The position numbers were made by a program, and so were the translations under genes. Below, one piece after another: positions 1-11,031 of a stretch of 64,000 nt of DNA (position 1 is the stretch's first letter; every line of letters begins with the position of its first letter). The notes beneath the pieces were generated by a model. It saw only the letters and a program-made list of their open reading frames with translations, ran no database searches and was not told where the DNA came from. Origin of the DNA: an uncultured delta proteobacterium (lineage in GTDB: Bacteria > Myxococcota > Myxococcia > Myxococcales > Myxococcaceae); the NCBI GenBank assembly GCA_963776345.1, contig CAVZMH010000013.1, forward strand, positions 128,001-192,000. The letters are read 5' to 3'.

Positions 1-1355
<1,355 letters not shown>

Positions 1356-1447
1356 CCGGGAGCAAACGCTACTACGCCCGCCCGGTGGGTCCGGCGTGGG
1401 GCGCTGTGCGGAGATCTCCGCGCCTGGAGGCCCGGACGCCCCCGCGT

Positions 1448-2602
1448 TCACCCCTGCCCGACGCGCGCCGGGAGCTCGAAGCGCGCCTCCTCACCGGCGA
1501 GCCCCACCTCGACGGTGCGCCGCCAGTAACGGAGGCCGGCCTCGAGCGTGAGCCGGTCGACGCCCGGGAGCCGGCCGACCAGCCGGCCGGTGCCGGAGAT
1601 GAGCGTCCGGAGCCCCGGCGCGACGAACCGCCACGGCGTGCGCGGATACCCCAGCGCGTCAGCGTACCGGTCGCCGACGAGGTAGCGGCCGACGCCGTAG
1701 GCCACCGGGAGAAAGCGCTCGGCCCGGGCGCGATCGGCGGCCGAGCGGGTCTCGTGCAGCGGCGACTCGACCAGGGCCTGGGCGAGCGCCGCGGAGTCCG
1801 CGTCCGGCGGCTCCTGGGTCGCCTCGAGCAGCTCCCAGAGGCCACGGGCCTCGGGCTCGGTGGCGGAGAGCAGCTCGGGCTCCACGCCCAGCACCCAGCC
1901 GCCGATGCGCCACAGGTGGAGCACGTCCTCGCAGTCGGCCTGCCCGATGCGGAAGCCGAGCATCCGCAGCCCGTCCACCAGCACCAGCGAGAAGAGGAGC
2001 GCCGTGCCGGCCATGTCGACCTGGTTGATGGGATCGCCCCACGCGCCCGCGTCCCACCGCGGCGAGCTCCGGAGCAGCCGGCGGATCTGCGCGTGCATCA
2101 GGCGGACGCGCGCCGCCGCCACCCAGCCCGCCGCGCCCGGGGCGAGTGAATCGGGCTGGTAGACCAGGCTCACGAAGCGGCTGGTCTCGGAGAGCCGGCG
2201 TGGCGCGGCCTCGCGGAGCCGGCCGGAGAAGACCAGCGGCTTGTTCCCCGCGGGGCTGCAGTAGCCGGCGACCAGCGAGCGAAACCCGAGGACCACGCCT
2301 CCGAAGAAGCCCGTCCGGAGCAGCACCTCGCCCCCCCGGCGGGCGCGGTCGAGGTCGGCCCAGAAGGGCAGCTCGGAGAGCCCGGCTCGCAGGGCCCGGA
2401 GCTCGGCCGGGAGCGGCAGGACGTCGCCGGTGAGCGTCTGGTCCACCATGCGCTCCCGCTCCTCGGGTGAGCGGCCGGCGAGCACCTCCAACGCGGCGTC
2501 GGCCAGTGGATCGCCCGCGGCGAGGAAGCCGCCCAGCCGGTCGACCCTGGGGCCGAACCGGCGACGGGCCTCGTCGAGGTGGACGAATCGGGTGGGGAAC
2601 AT
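1448..2602 (-). CDS. Oxygenase MpaB / DUF2236 family protein
   Basis: C-terminal part of ORF 1448..4315, from MFPTRF; motifs GDPLAD, RRLSET, RVRLMHAQIR, WGDPINQVD. Confidence 0.8.
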   Translation of the reverse strand: MFPTRFVHLDEARRRFGPRVDRLGGFLAAGDPLADAALEVLAGRSPEERERMVDQTLTGDVLPLPAELRALRAGLSELPFWADLDRARRGGEVLLRTGFFGGVVLGFRSLVAGYCSPAGNKPLVFSGRLREAAPRRLSETSRFVSLVYQPDSLAPGAAGWVAAARVRLMHAQIRRLLRSSPRWDAGAWGDPINQVDMAGTALLFSLVLVDGLRMLGFRIGQADCEDVLHLWRIGGWVLGVEPELLSATEPEARGLWELLEATQEPPDADSAALAQALVESPLHETRSAADRARAERFLPVAYGVGRYLVGDRYADALGYPRTPWRFVAPGLRTLISGTGRLVGRLPGVDRLTLEAGLRYWRRTVEVGLAGEEARFELPARVGQG

Positions 2603-2770
2603 GGGGGGCGGGCGGACGTCAGAGGTAATCGGCGCCGCGCGTCCTCGCTTCACCGGTGGAGGCGCCGGCTTGACGATGGAGGCAAAGGTTGGCAGTAGAG
2701 CGGCTTTCGTCGGTCCCGGGGCCCGCCAGGGGGTGGGATGCCGGTCCGGCGCAGAACAGGAGCAGCACCC

Positions 2771-3517
2771 ATGGCCATCACCCGGAACACTCTCTCGGCA
2801 CGCGCGCGCGAAGGCGCGGGCAAGGGCTCGGCGCGGCGTCTGCGGGCCGAGGGCCTGGTCCCCGCGGTCGTCTACGGCCGCCACCTCGAGACCCCGGTGC
2901 ACATCGCAGTGGACCCGGTGGAGGTGAAGAAGGCCATCGCCACCCCGCACCGCCTGAACACGCTGCTGTCCTTGAAGCTCGACGGGCAGCCGGAGCGGCT
3001 GGTGCTGCTCAAGGACTACCAGCAGGACCCGCTCAGCCGGGAGATGCTCCATGCCGACTTCATCGACGTGCGCGAGAACGAGCAGGTGAAGGTGAACGTC
3101 CCCCTCGTCCTGGTGGGCAAGCCGGTGGGCGTGACCGAGGGTGGCATCCTGTCGCAGAGCCGCCGCGACCTCGAGGTCTACGCCCTCCCCGGCGCCATCC
3201 CCGAGAAGATCGAGGCCGACGTCAGCGCGCTGAAGATCGCCCAGTCGCTGCACATCAACGAGGTGAAGATGCCCGCGGGCGTCCGGGTGAAGACGCAGGT
3301 GAACTACACCATCGCGGTCGTCTCGGTGCCGGAGAAGGAGGAGGTCGCCCCGGTGGTGGCGGCGGCGGTCCCGGTGGCGGGTGCTCCAGCGGCCGGTGCG
3401 CCGGGCGCGGCTCCGGCGGCGGCCGATGCCAAGGCGGCCGAGGGCAAGGGCGGCGCGGCTCCGGCGGCGGCGGCCAAGGAAGGCGGCGGCGGCAAGAAGG
3501 ACGAGAAGAAGAAGTAA
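2771..3517 (+). CDS. rplY: 50S ribosomal protein L25/general stress protein Ctc
   Basis: GKGSARRLR, VPAVVYG, HADF; long Ctc-type protein with Ala/Lys tail; upstream of pth. Confidence 0.96.
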   Translation: MAITRNTLSARAREGAGKGSARRLRAEGLVPAVVYGRHLETPVHIAVDPVEVKKAIATPHRLNTLLSLKLDGQPERLVLLKDYQQDPLSREMLHADFIDVRENEQVKVNVPLVLVGKPVGVTEGGILSQSRRDLEVYALPGAIPEKIEADVSALKIAQSLHINEVKMPAGVRVKTQVNYTIAVVSVPEKEEVAPVVAAAVPVAGAPAAGAPGAAPAAADAKAAEGKGGAAPAAAAKEGGGGKKDEKKK

Positions 3518-3523
3518 GCCCTC

Positions 3524-4105
3524 GTGCACGGGGCCAAGCTCGTCGTGGGGCTCGGGAACCCGGGCCGCGAGTACGCCGGCCACCGGCACAACGTGGGCTA
3601 CATGGTGGTGGACCGGCTGGCCGGCGCGGTGGGCGTCGCGCTCGGCCAGTCGAAGTTCCAGGGCCGCTTCGGGCAGGGCGACGCGGGGAAGACCCGGCTC
3701 CTCCTCCTCGAGCCCGAGACGTACATGAACGCCTCGGGCGAGGCGGTGTCCGCGGCGGCGCGCTTCTTCAAGCTCGCGCCCGAGGACCTGCTCGTCGTCC
3801 ACGACGAGCTGGACCTCCCGTTCGGGCGGCTGCAGCTCAAGCGCGGCGGCGGGACGGGCGGCCACAACGGGCTCGAGTCGATCGTGGAGCAGCTCGGGGA
3901 CCCGGGCTTCGTGCGGCTCCGCTTCGGCATCGGGAAGCCCACCGGCCCGAATGCGAAGGAGCGGGTGGTGGGGCACGTGCTCCACGACTTCTCGTCCGAG
4001 GAGCGGGACGGTCTCGAGCCGTTGCTCGAGCGCGCGGTCGACATGGCGCGGGCGTGGCTGTCGCTCGGGCTCGCCGAGGCGATGAACCGGCACAACCGGC
4101 GCTGA
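3524..4105 (+). CDS. pth: Peptidyl-tRNA hydrolase
   Basis: LVVGLGNPG, RHNVG, YMNASG, HDELD, GGHNGL. Confidence 0.97.
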   Translation: MHGAKLVVGLGNPGREYAGHRHNVGYMVVDRLAGAVGVALGQSKFQGRFGQGDAGKTRLLLLEPETYMNASGEAVSAAARFFKLAPEDLLVVHDELDLPFGRLQLKRGGGTGGHNGLESIVEQLGDPGFVRLRFGIGKPTGPNAKERVVGHVLHDFSSEERDGLEPLLERAVDMARAWLSLGLAEAMNRHNRR

Positions 4106-4140
4106 GGAGCGGGGGCAGGGAGCCGGCTGAACCCCCTCAC

Positions 4141-4169
4141 TTGACGTGGGCCTCCCAGCCCGATAGTCA
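4141..4169 (+). promoter_or_regulatory. Candidate sigma70 promoter for rpsF-rpsR-rplI
   Basis: TTGACG-N17-TAGTCA in the pth-rpsF intergenic region. Confidence 0.4.
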
Positions 4170-4263
4170 GGCCGGCTCGTTCTTTGAAGAAGCAGCGCGA
4201 GGGCGACGGGCGCGCGGTGTTCCCGTCCCCGGTGGGCGTGCCGGCAATCGGCCGCTGACCGCA

Positions 4264-4310
4264 TCCCCGCTCCGGGCGCTGGACCCGGGGCACAACCCGA
4301 GGGGAAGGAA
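4264..4310 (+). ncRNA. S6:S18-type ribosomal protein leader (cis-regulatory RNA)
   Basis: TCCCC (4264-4268) pairs with SD-proximal GGGGA (4301-4305); inner hairpin 4269-4276/4284-4291; unpaired ACAACCCGA containing CCG; directly upstream of rpsF. Confidence 0.65.
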
Positions 4311-4314
4311 CACA

Positions 4315-4779
4315 ATGGCAGAGCAGACGGCGCATCACCTGCGCGAGTACGAGACCATCTTCCTGGTCAAGCCCGACCTCACCGACGAGGGCGTGGACAA
4401 GCTCAAGGACCGCGTCCGCGGCATCGTCAACCGGGAGGGCGGGAAGCTGATCCGCTTCACGGTGTGGGGCAAGAAGAAGACCATGTACCCGGTCGCCAAG
4501 CAGCCCCGGGCCATCTACGTCCACGCCTCCTACCTGGGTGGTCAGGCGCTGGTGGCCGAGGTGGAGCGCAACCTCCGAAACCTCGACGAGGTCACCCGCT
4601 GGCTCTCGGTGAAGGTGGCCGAGGACGTCGACCCCGAGACCCGGCCGGTGCAGGAGGACGTGAAGCTGGCGGGCGACATGGACGAGGCCCGTGGCCCGGT
4701 CCCGGAGCGCGCGGGACCCGCGCGTGAGGGCGTCGAGGTCGTCGAGGGGCTGGACGAGGAGGCGCCGGAGGAGGCCTGA
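4315..4779 (+). CDS. rpsF: 30S ribosomal protein S6
   Basis: [19 protein letters not shown], acidic tail; operon position. Confidence 0.96.
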   Translation: MAEQTAHHLREYETIFLVKPDLTDEGVDKLKDRVRGIVNREGGKLIRFTVWGKKKTMYPVAKQPRAIYVHASYLGGQALVAEVERNLRNLDEVTRWLSVKVAEDVDPETRPVQEDVKLAGDMDEARGPVPERAGPAREGVEVVEGLDEEAPEEA

Positions 4780-4790
4780 GGCCAACCTCC

Positions 4791-5213
4791 GTGACGAGCA
4801 CGACAATGACCGGACAATTCAACAACGGAAACGGCCCCTCGCGGGGCGACGGACCCCGCTCTGGCGGACGCCCGGGCGGCTTCGGTGGCGGTGGCGGTGG
4901 GGGGGCGGGCGGCGACCGGGGCAGCTTCGGCGGTGGCGGCGGCGACCGGGGCTTCGGCGGTGGTGGTGACGACGACAAGCGCGGTGGCCGCGGCGGCTTC
5001 GGCCGCAAGAAGGTCTGCCGCTTCTGCGCCGAGAAGGGCAGCCACCCCGACTTCAAGGACCAGGCGATGCTCAAGTACTTCGTGACCGAGCGGGGGAAGA
5101 TCATCCCCCGGCGGATCTCGGGGAACTGCGCCAAGCATCAGCGGCAGGTGGCGGTCGCCATCAAGCGCGCCCGCGGCCTGGCCCTCATCCCCTACAACGC
5201 CCTGGTGGGCTGA
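4791..5213 (+). CDS. rpsR: 30S ribosomal protein S18 with Gly/Arg-rich N-terminal extension
   Basis: [36 protein letters not shown]; alternative start ATG 4806. Confidence 0.96.
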   Translation: MTSTTMTGQFNNGNGPSRGDGPRSGGRPGGFGGGGGGGAGGDRGSFGGGGGDRGFGGGGDDDKRGGRGGFGRKKVCRFCAEKGSHPDFKDQAMLKYFVTERGKIIPRRISGNCAKHQRQVAVAIKRARGLALIPYNALVG

Positions 5214-5226
5214 AGCGGAGGACGCC

Positions 5227-5679
5227 ATGGCGATGAAGCTGATCTTGCGCGAGGACGTCCCCAATCTCGGAAAGTCGGGCGAGCTGGTGAACGTGAAGCC
5301 CGGCTTCGGCCGCAACTATCTCCTGCCGCGGAAGCTGGCGGTGCCGGCCAACGAGGGCAACGTGGCCCAGCTGGAGCACGACCGGGCGGTCATCTCTGCC
5401 CGCCAGGCCAAGCTGCGCGGCAACGCCGAGGAGCAGGCCAAGCGAATCAACGCGGTGTCCATCACCGTGGCCCGGAAGGTCGGCGAGCAGGACAAGCTCT
5501 TCGGCTCGGTGACCGCGCTGGACATCGCCGAGGCGCTGGCGGCCAAGGGCCAGAAGGTGGACCGGCGGCACATCCACCTGCCCGAGCCGATCAAGACGGT
5601 GGGCGCCCACGAGGTGGAGATCCGCCTCCACCGGGACGTGACGGCGAAGATCAAGGTCGAGGTCGTCCCGGAGGGGTGA
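5227..5679 (+). CDS. rplI: 50S ribosomal protein L9
   Basis: [35 protein letters not shown]. Confidence 0.97.
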   Translation: MAMKLILREDVPNLGKSGELVNVKPGFGRNYLLPRKLAVPANEGNVAQLEHDRAVISARQAKLRGNAEEQAKRINAVSITVARKVGEQDKLFGSVTALDIAEALAAKGQKVDRRHIHLPEPIKTVGAHEVEIRLHRDVTAKIKVEVVPEG

Positions 5680-5691
5680 GGCAGCCTGCCC

Positions 5692-5726
5692 GCCGGCCCG
5701 GGGAGCGCCTTCTCCCGGGCCGGTTT
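5692..5726 (+). terminator. GC-rich hairpin after rplI, possible intrinsic terminator
   Basis: About 12-bp stem GCCGGCCCGGGG/TCCCGGGCCGGT with a short T-rich tail. Confidence 0.4.
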
Positions 5727-5789
5727 GCCGTTGCTTGCTGTCAGGGAGCGGAGGGATCCTCCGCCGCTCCCTCCGGGAAGTGGTGATCG

Positions 5790-7160
5790 ATGGCCGTCGT
5801 CCAGCCGCTGCGTCAACAGACCGAGGACCTCGCCGCCGAGCGCGCGGTGCTCGGCGCGGTCCTGGCGGACCACACGGTGCTGGCCTCGGTGGCGGAGGTC
5901 GTCCTCGCGGATGACTTCTCCAGCCCGGCCCACGGGCAGATCTTCGCCGCGATGCTGGCCCTCGACGGGACGCAGCGCCCGGTCGACCACCTCACGCTGT
6001 CCGAGGAGCTGAAGACCCGCGGCCAGCTCGCCGGCGTGGGCGGCCCGGCGTACCTCATGACGCTGGACCAGGTCGTTCCCCTGGCCTCGAGCGCCGTCGA
6101 CTACGCGCGGATCGTCAAGGACCAGTCGGTGCGCCGACGCCTGGCGCAGGTGGGCCGGGAGATCCTCGAGCTCGCGAGCCAGGACACCGGGGAGCTGGAC
6201 GCCATCCTCGACGAGGCCGAGCGGCGGGTGTTCCAGCTCGCGGAGCGGAAGCGCGAGGGCGAGCTGAAGCCGGTGCGCGAGCTGATGGAGCGCACGCTCG
6301 ATCTGCTCGACCGGATGAAGATGTCGTCGAGCGGCGTCACCGGGCTGTCGACCGGGTTCGTCGACCTCGACCTGCAGCTCACCGGGCTGCACCCGGGCGA
6401 GCTGCTGATCCTCGCCGCACGGCCCGGCGTGGGGAAGACCTCGCTGGCGATGAACGTGGCGATGCACGTGGCGCTCAAGGAGGAGCGACCGGTGGGCATC
6501 TTCTCGCTGGAGATGCCGGCGGATCAGCTCCTGATGCGCCTGCTCGCGAGCGCGGCCCGGGTGGACATGAAGAAGCTCCGGGGCGGGCGGCTCACTCCCC
6601 ACGACGAGGAGAAGTTCCAGGAGGTCGCCGGGAGCCTGTTCAACGCGCCGCTGTTCATCGACGACACCGGCGCCCTGTCGCCGTTCGACCTGCGGGCCAA
6701 GGCGCGGCGGCTGAAGCAGAAGAACCAGGCGCTGGGGCTCCTGGTGGTGGACTACCTCCAGCTCATGCACCAGAAGGGGAAGGTCGAGAGCCGCCAGCTG
6801 GAGGTGAGCGAGATCAGCCGCTCCCTCAAGGCGCTGGCCAAGGAGCTGGAGGTGCCGATCCTCGCCCTGAGCCAGCTGAACCGGAAGGTCGAGGAGCGCA
6901 AGGGCGGACGGCCGATGCTCTCGGACCTCCGCGAGTCCGGCGCCATCGAGCAGGACGCGGACGTGGTGATGTTCATCCACCGCGACGACGGCGGCGACGA
7001 GGACGAGGGTGGCGGCGGCTCCGGTGGCTATGGCGGCGGCCGGGGCGCGGTGCCGGTGGAGCTCATCGTCGCCAAGCAGCGAAACGGGCCCACCGGGACC
7101 ATCGACCTCGTCTTCCTCTCCGAGTTCACCCGGTTCGAGAGCCGGGCCCGCGGCGACTGA
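5790..7160 (+). CDS. dnaB: Replicative DNA helicase
   Basis: AARPGVGKT Walker A, FSLEM, DYLQL, SQLNR, LRESGAIEQDAD, KQRNGP; no intein. Confidence 0.97.
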   Translation: MAVVQPLRQQTEDLAAERAVLGAVLADHTVLASVAEVVLADDFSSPAHGQIFAAMLALDGTQRPVDHLTLSEELKTRGQLAGVGGPAYLMTLDQVVPLASSAVDYARIVKDQSVRRRLAQVGREILELASQDTGELDAILDEAERRVFQLAERKREGELKPVRELMERTLDLLDRMKMSSSGVTGLSTGFVDLDLQLTGLHPGELLILAARPGVGKTSLAMNVAMHVALKEERPVGIFSLEMPADQLLMRLLASAARVDMKKLRGGRLTPHDEEKFQEVAGSLFNAPLFIDDTGALSPFDLRAKARRLKQKNQALGLLVVDYLQLMHQKGKVESRQLEVSEISRSLKALAKELEVPILALSQLNRKVEERKGGRPMLSDLRESGAIEQDADVVMFIHRDDGGDEDEGGGGSGGYGGGRGAVPVELIVAKQRNGPTGTIDLVFLSEFTRFESRARGD

Positions 7161-7194
7161 ACCGGCGGGCCCTCTCCTCTTCCCGGCCCGGCCA

Positions 7195-7962
7195 CTACTC
7201 CACGTTCAGCGGCGCCTCGGCGTCGGTGGGCACGCGCCTGGGGAGCGGGACGAGTCCCCGCACCTGCTCGCGATAGGCGAGGTACCGGTTGCCGTACTCG
7301 CGCACCAGGTCCCGCTCCTCGAGCTGGATGGCCACGACGATGTACCCCAGCGTGGCGAGCGCGAAGACCAGGTGTCCGCCGGTCATCCTCGGCGCGGCCC
7401 AGAACGCGAGCACGAAGCCCAGGTAGATGGGGTGACGCACCACCTTGTAGAGCACAGGCGTGCGGAACTGCGGGTGCGGCAGTTCCTTGCGCTTCGCCGC
7501 GAGGTAGACCTGCCGGAGCCCGAAGAGCTCGAAGTGGTTGATGAGGAAGGTACCGAACAGCACGATTCCCCACCCGAGCATCGAGAGGGCGAGGAGTGCC
7601 ATGCGTGGCCCGGGCGTCTCGACGCTCCAGAGGACGCCGGGGATCGGTCTCCAGAAGTAGAAGAGCGCGAGCAGGCACGCGCTCGCGCAGAGCACGTAGG
7701 TGCTGCGCTCGATCGGCGCGGGCACGAGCCGGGTCCAGACGGCCTTGAACCCTCGGCGCGCCATCCCGCTGTGCTGTACCGCGAAGAGGGTCAGCAGGAG
7801 CGCATCGACCAGCAGGGCCGTGCCCACCGGCGCGCCCGGGCCTCCAGCGTCGACGCTGCGGGGAACCAGTCGGGCCTCGACGAACCCGATCGCGTAGAGG
7901 AACGTCGCCAGGAACACCAGGTAACAGACACCTCCGTACAGCACGTAGACCAGACGCCTCAT
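7195..7962 (-). CDS. mddA: Methanethiol S-methyltransferase (MddA-like, ICMT-family membrane methyltransferase)
   Basis: From MRRLVYVLYG; LFAVQHSGMAR, ERSTYV, INHFELFGL, YKVVRHPIY, EERDLV. Confidence 0.8.
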   Translation of the reverse strand: MRRLVYVLYGGVCYLVFLATFLYAIGFVEARLVPRSVDAGGPGAPVGTALLVDALLLTLFAVQHSGMARRGFKAVWTRLVPAPIERSTYVLCASACLLALFYFWRPIPGVLWSVETPGPRMALLALSMLGWGIVLFGTFLINHFELFGLRQVYLAAKRKELPHPQFRTPVLYKVVRHPIYLGFVLAFWAAPRMTGGHLVFALATLGYIVVAIQLEERDLVREYGNRYLAYREQVRGLVPLPRRVPTDAEAPLNVE

Positions 7963-8903
7963 GACACGCCTCCTTCGAGCGTCCGCGCGGGCGCCCGTTC
8001 CTCGATGAAGGTCGCGATCGCCGCCCAGGCCCGGCGGCTCTCCTCGAGCCAGGGCAGCGTGAGCGGCCAGTCGTGCTGCATGCCCCGGCCGACCAGGAGG
8101 CGGGCGTCGGTGCCGGCCGCCTGCGCGCGGGCGACGACACGCCGTGCGTCCTGGAGGAGCAGCTCGTCCTCGCCGACCAGGACCAGAAAGGGAGGCAGGC
8201 TCGACAGGTCCGCGTACGCCGGCGAGATCAGCGGATCGCGCGGATCCGTCGCTCCAACGTAGTGCCGGGCCCACCGGCGCAGATGGTCGGCGCTGAACCA
8301 CAGATCCCGCGCCATGCCGCTTCCGCCCGTCTCGCTGAGGTCGACCCAGGGCGAGAGCAGGACGGCCCCCTCCGGCAATCTCTCGCCAAGCTCCCGGAGC
8401 CGGACCATGAGGGCCAGCGCCAGGCCCCCTCCGGCCGAGTCGCCGGCGACGAACACCGGCCCGGAGCCCCGCAGGGACGCGATGTGGCGCCAGGCGGCGA
8501 GCGCATCCTCGAGCGCGGCGGGGAACGGGTGCTCGGGGGCGAGCCGGTAGTCGGGGACGAAGACCTGGGCGCCACACCGGTAGCTCACCCGCATCGCACG
8601 GCTCCGGTACGACGCCGGCGAGCCCATCACGTAGGCCCCGCCGTGCAGGTAGAGCACGGTGCGCGCCGGGGCCGGGGTCGCGCGCACGCTCTCCATCCTC
8701 AGCGGTCCGACCGAATGGTCCGCGAAACCCAGCGCCGGATGCCGCCGGAGCATCCGTGCGCGGGGCGTGGCCCCGAAGCGCTCGAACCGCCGGCGCATGG
8801 TGAGCGGCGGGGTGCGAGCCCGGAACAGGGTGCTGGTGACCGCCCCGTAGGCCCGGAGCGACAGCCAGCGGGTGAACGCCTCGGTGCTCATCGATCCTTC
8901 CAT
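7959..8903 (-). CDS. Alpha/beta hydrolase (HSL-family esterase)
   Basis: LHGGAY, DYRLAPEHPFPA, GDSAGG, C-terminal His (MQHDW); overlaps the mddA start by 4 bp. Confidence 0.9.
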   Translation of the reverse strand: MEGSMSTEAFTRWLSLRAYGAVTSTLFRARTPPLTMRRRFERFGATPRARMLRRHPALGFADHSVGPLRMESVRATPAPARTVLYLHGGAYVMGSPASYRSRAMRVSYRCGAQVFVPDYRLAPEHPFPAALEDALAAWRHIASLRGSGPVFVAGDSAGGGLALALMVRLRELGERLPEGAVLLSPWVDLSETGGSGMARDLWFSADHLRRWARHYVGATDPRDPLISPAYADLSSLPPFLVLVGEDELLLQDARRVVARAQAAGTDARLLVGRGMQHDWPLTLPWLEESRRAWAAIATFIEERAPARTLEGGVS

Positions 8904-8984
8904 CGCCCCGCGCAGGTCCGGGTGCGGTGCAGATCGACAACCTACGGGCGTCGGGAACGGGGAAGCTTTGGGGGAGCCTGAAGC

Positions 8985-10178
8985 CTAGCTGAGACTTTCC
9001 TGAGCCAGGAACCCCTCGACCTCGGAGACGAAGCGCTGCCACGCGGGCTCACCGGGCACGAACACGTGGTTCCCGCTCTCCAGGGGGACGAACCTCGCCC
9101 CCGGGATGCCGCTGGCGAGCTCGATGCCGTCCTTCATCGGCACCACGGCATCCTCCCGGCTGTGCAGCACCAGGGTCGGCGCCTTCACCCGGGGCAGCTC
9201 GTCGCGGACGTCCACGTCACCGAGCGCGGAGAGGAGGTTCGCCGCGTTCTCCGGGGTGGTCGTCTGCCGCTGCAGCTCGTTCCACCACTCGGCGAGCTCG
9301 GGGCTCGCCTCGGGGAAGAAGCGCGAGGTGAACATCTGGCGGAAGGAGGCGTTCCGGCCTCCCCAGCCCGTGCGCATGAGCACCATCATCGCCTCGACCT
9401 GCTCGGTGAGGCGGGCGTGCTGCTTGACCCGCCAGCCGCGCGCGCAGCCGCCGATGAGGAGCAGCCCCGAGACCCGCTCCGGGTGGCGGGCGGCGTACGC
9501 CGCGGCCACCGCGGCGCCCTGCGACAGGCCGACCACCGGCGCCCGTTCGACTCCTGCGGCGTCGAAGACCGTGGCCAGGTCGGAGACGAAGCTCTCGAAC
9601 GTCAGGCTCGGCGGGCTCCAGTCGGACAGCCCGTTCCCTCGCGCGTCGTAGCGCACCAGGCACCGCCCCCGGCCGAGGAGCTCGAGCCACCGCCGGTTGA
9701 GCTCGCCCTTCCAGTCGAGCTCGAGGTGGCTGAGCCAGTTCGCCGCCTTGACGATGGGAGGTCCTTCCCCGAGCCGAGCGTAGGCGAGCCGCGTCCCGTC
9801 GGCCGCCTTGCAGAAGTAGGTCCGCTGCGCCGCGCTCGCCGGCGGGGCGACCGCGCCGGCCACCTCCGAGCGGGCCACCTCCGCGACCAGCCGGTACCCC
9901 TGCCCCCGGACGGTCTGGAGCTCGACCCCGGCCGCGCCGTCCAGCACGCGCCGGACGAGCGAGACGTTGACCTGGAGGTTGTTCGGCTCGACGAAGGTGT
10001 CCGGCCAGAGCCGGTCGATCAGCGCCTGCTGGCGCTGCAACGTCCCCGCGCCCTCCACGAGGAGGAGGAGCGTGTCGAAGGCCTTGCCGGTGAGAGGCAC
10101 GACGGCGCCGTCGCGCAGCAGTCTGCGTTCCTGCGCCTCGAGATGGAACGGACCGAAGCTGTAGACGGTTCCTGCCAC
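8985..10178 (-). CDS. Winged-helix (CadC/OmpR-type) transcriptional regulator fused to an alpha/beta hydrolase
   Basis: N-terminal YSFGPF...LWPDTFVEPNNL...TVRGQGYR; C-terminal YDARGNG, GLSQG, ESGNH; start uncertain (10178 or 10202). Confidence 0.88.
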   Translation of the reverse strand: MAGTVYSFGPFHLEAQERRLLRDGAVVPLTGKAFDTLLLLVEGAGTLQRQQALIDRLWPDTFVEPNNLQVNVSLVRRVLDGAAGVELQTVRGQGYRLVAEVARSEVAGAVAPPASAAQRTYFCKAADGTRLAYARLGEGPPIVKAANWLSHLELDWKGELNRRWLELLGRGRCLVRYDARGNGLSDWSPPSLTFESFVSDLATVFDAAGVERAPVVGLSQGAAVAAAYAARHPERVSGLLLIGGCARGWRVKQHARLTEQVEAMMVLMRTGWGGRNASFRQMFTSRFFPEASPELAEWWNELQRQTTTPENAANLLSALGDVDVRDELPRVKAPTLVLHSREDAVVPMKDGIELASGIPGARFVPLESGNHVFVPGEPAWQRFVSEVEGFLAQESLS

Positions 10179-10241
10179 GCTCGACCGACGAGCGTACCCC
10201 ACGGCTCACGACGCAGGTGAGCCCGGTGGTCGAGCGCTTCC

Positions 10242-11000
10242 TCAGCGGCCACCGAGAGAGCGCCGGACGAGCGCCCGCGCCCGCGAGACGGCCCGTTCTG
10301 CGGCCGTGCCTCGCCCGAGCTCCGTGGCCAGCGCCGAGGCGAACCGGCACCCCGTGCCCCGATGCTCGGGGCCTCGCTGGAGCCGCGTCGACCGGAACGG
10401 GCGCGCCCTCCCCTTCCACGCGAGGACGTCCGTCACCGCTGCCCCAGCGAAGTGCCCGCCCTTCACCACCACGCCCTCGAACCCGAGCGCCTCGAGCAGC
10501 TCGGCGGCGCGCCGCGCCTCCTCCGGCGCTTCCAGCCGCTCCACCCCGAGGAGCCACGCCGCCTCGAGCGCGTTGGGGGTGAGCCACACGCCCCGGGACG
10601 CGAGCGCCAGGTAGTCGCGCCGACCGAGCCCCGACAGCCGCCCACCCGACGAGGCGCGCACGACCGGATCCACCACCCACGGCACCCGCACGCCGCGCAA
10701 CGCCTGCCGGACCGCCCGGAGCTGACCCGGGCCGGGGAGCATGCCGAGCTTCACCGCGTCGATGGTCCCGAGCTCCCTGAGCGCCCGGATCTGCGCCGCG
10801 ACCAGCTCCGGAGTCACCGGCTTCCAGGCGAAGGTCGTGCACCCCTGCGCCGTCACCGCCGCGGCCACCACCAGCGGCACCCCGCCCCGCGCGCGAACCG
10901 CCTCGGCGTCGGCGAGAAGCCCGGCCCGGCCCGAGGGCTCGAGCCCGCCGACGAGCAGGACGCGGGGTCCGCCCCCGCGTGCGCCTCCCCGGCGCGGCAT
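10242..11000 (-). CDS. thiD: Hydroxymethylpyrimidine/phosphomethylpyrimidine kinase
   Basis: GGLEPSGRAGLLAD, VTAQ, AVKLGML, VVDPV, LTPNALEA, KGGH, RGTGC; start uncertain. Confidence 0.85.
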   Translation of the reverse strand: MPRRGGARGGGPRVLLVGGLEPSGRAGLLADAEAVRARGGVPLVVAAAVTAQGCTTFAWKPVTPELVAAQIRALRELGTIDAVKLGMLPGPGQLRAVRQALRGVRVPWVVDPVVRASSGGRLSGLGRRDYLALASRGVWLTPNALEAAWLLGVERLEAPEEARRAAELLEALGFEGVVVKGGHFAGAAVTDVLAWKGRARPFRSTRLQRGPEHRGTGCRFASALATELGRGTAAERAVSRARALVRRSLGGR

Positions 11001-11031
11001 CGGCCCAGGCCGAGCGCCCCGCACGCCTGCG

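Noticed and set aside
2603..4315. N-terminal extension of ORF 1448..4315
   Set aside because: Antisense to rplY and pth; the real gene starts at ATG 2602
6985..7050. Gly/acidic insertion in the DnaB C-terminus as an intein remnant
   Set aside because: A short low-complexity loop without intein terminal motifs
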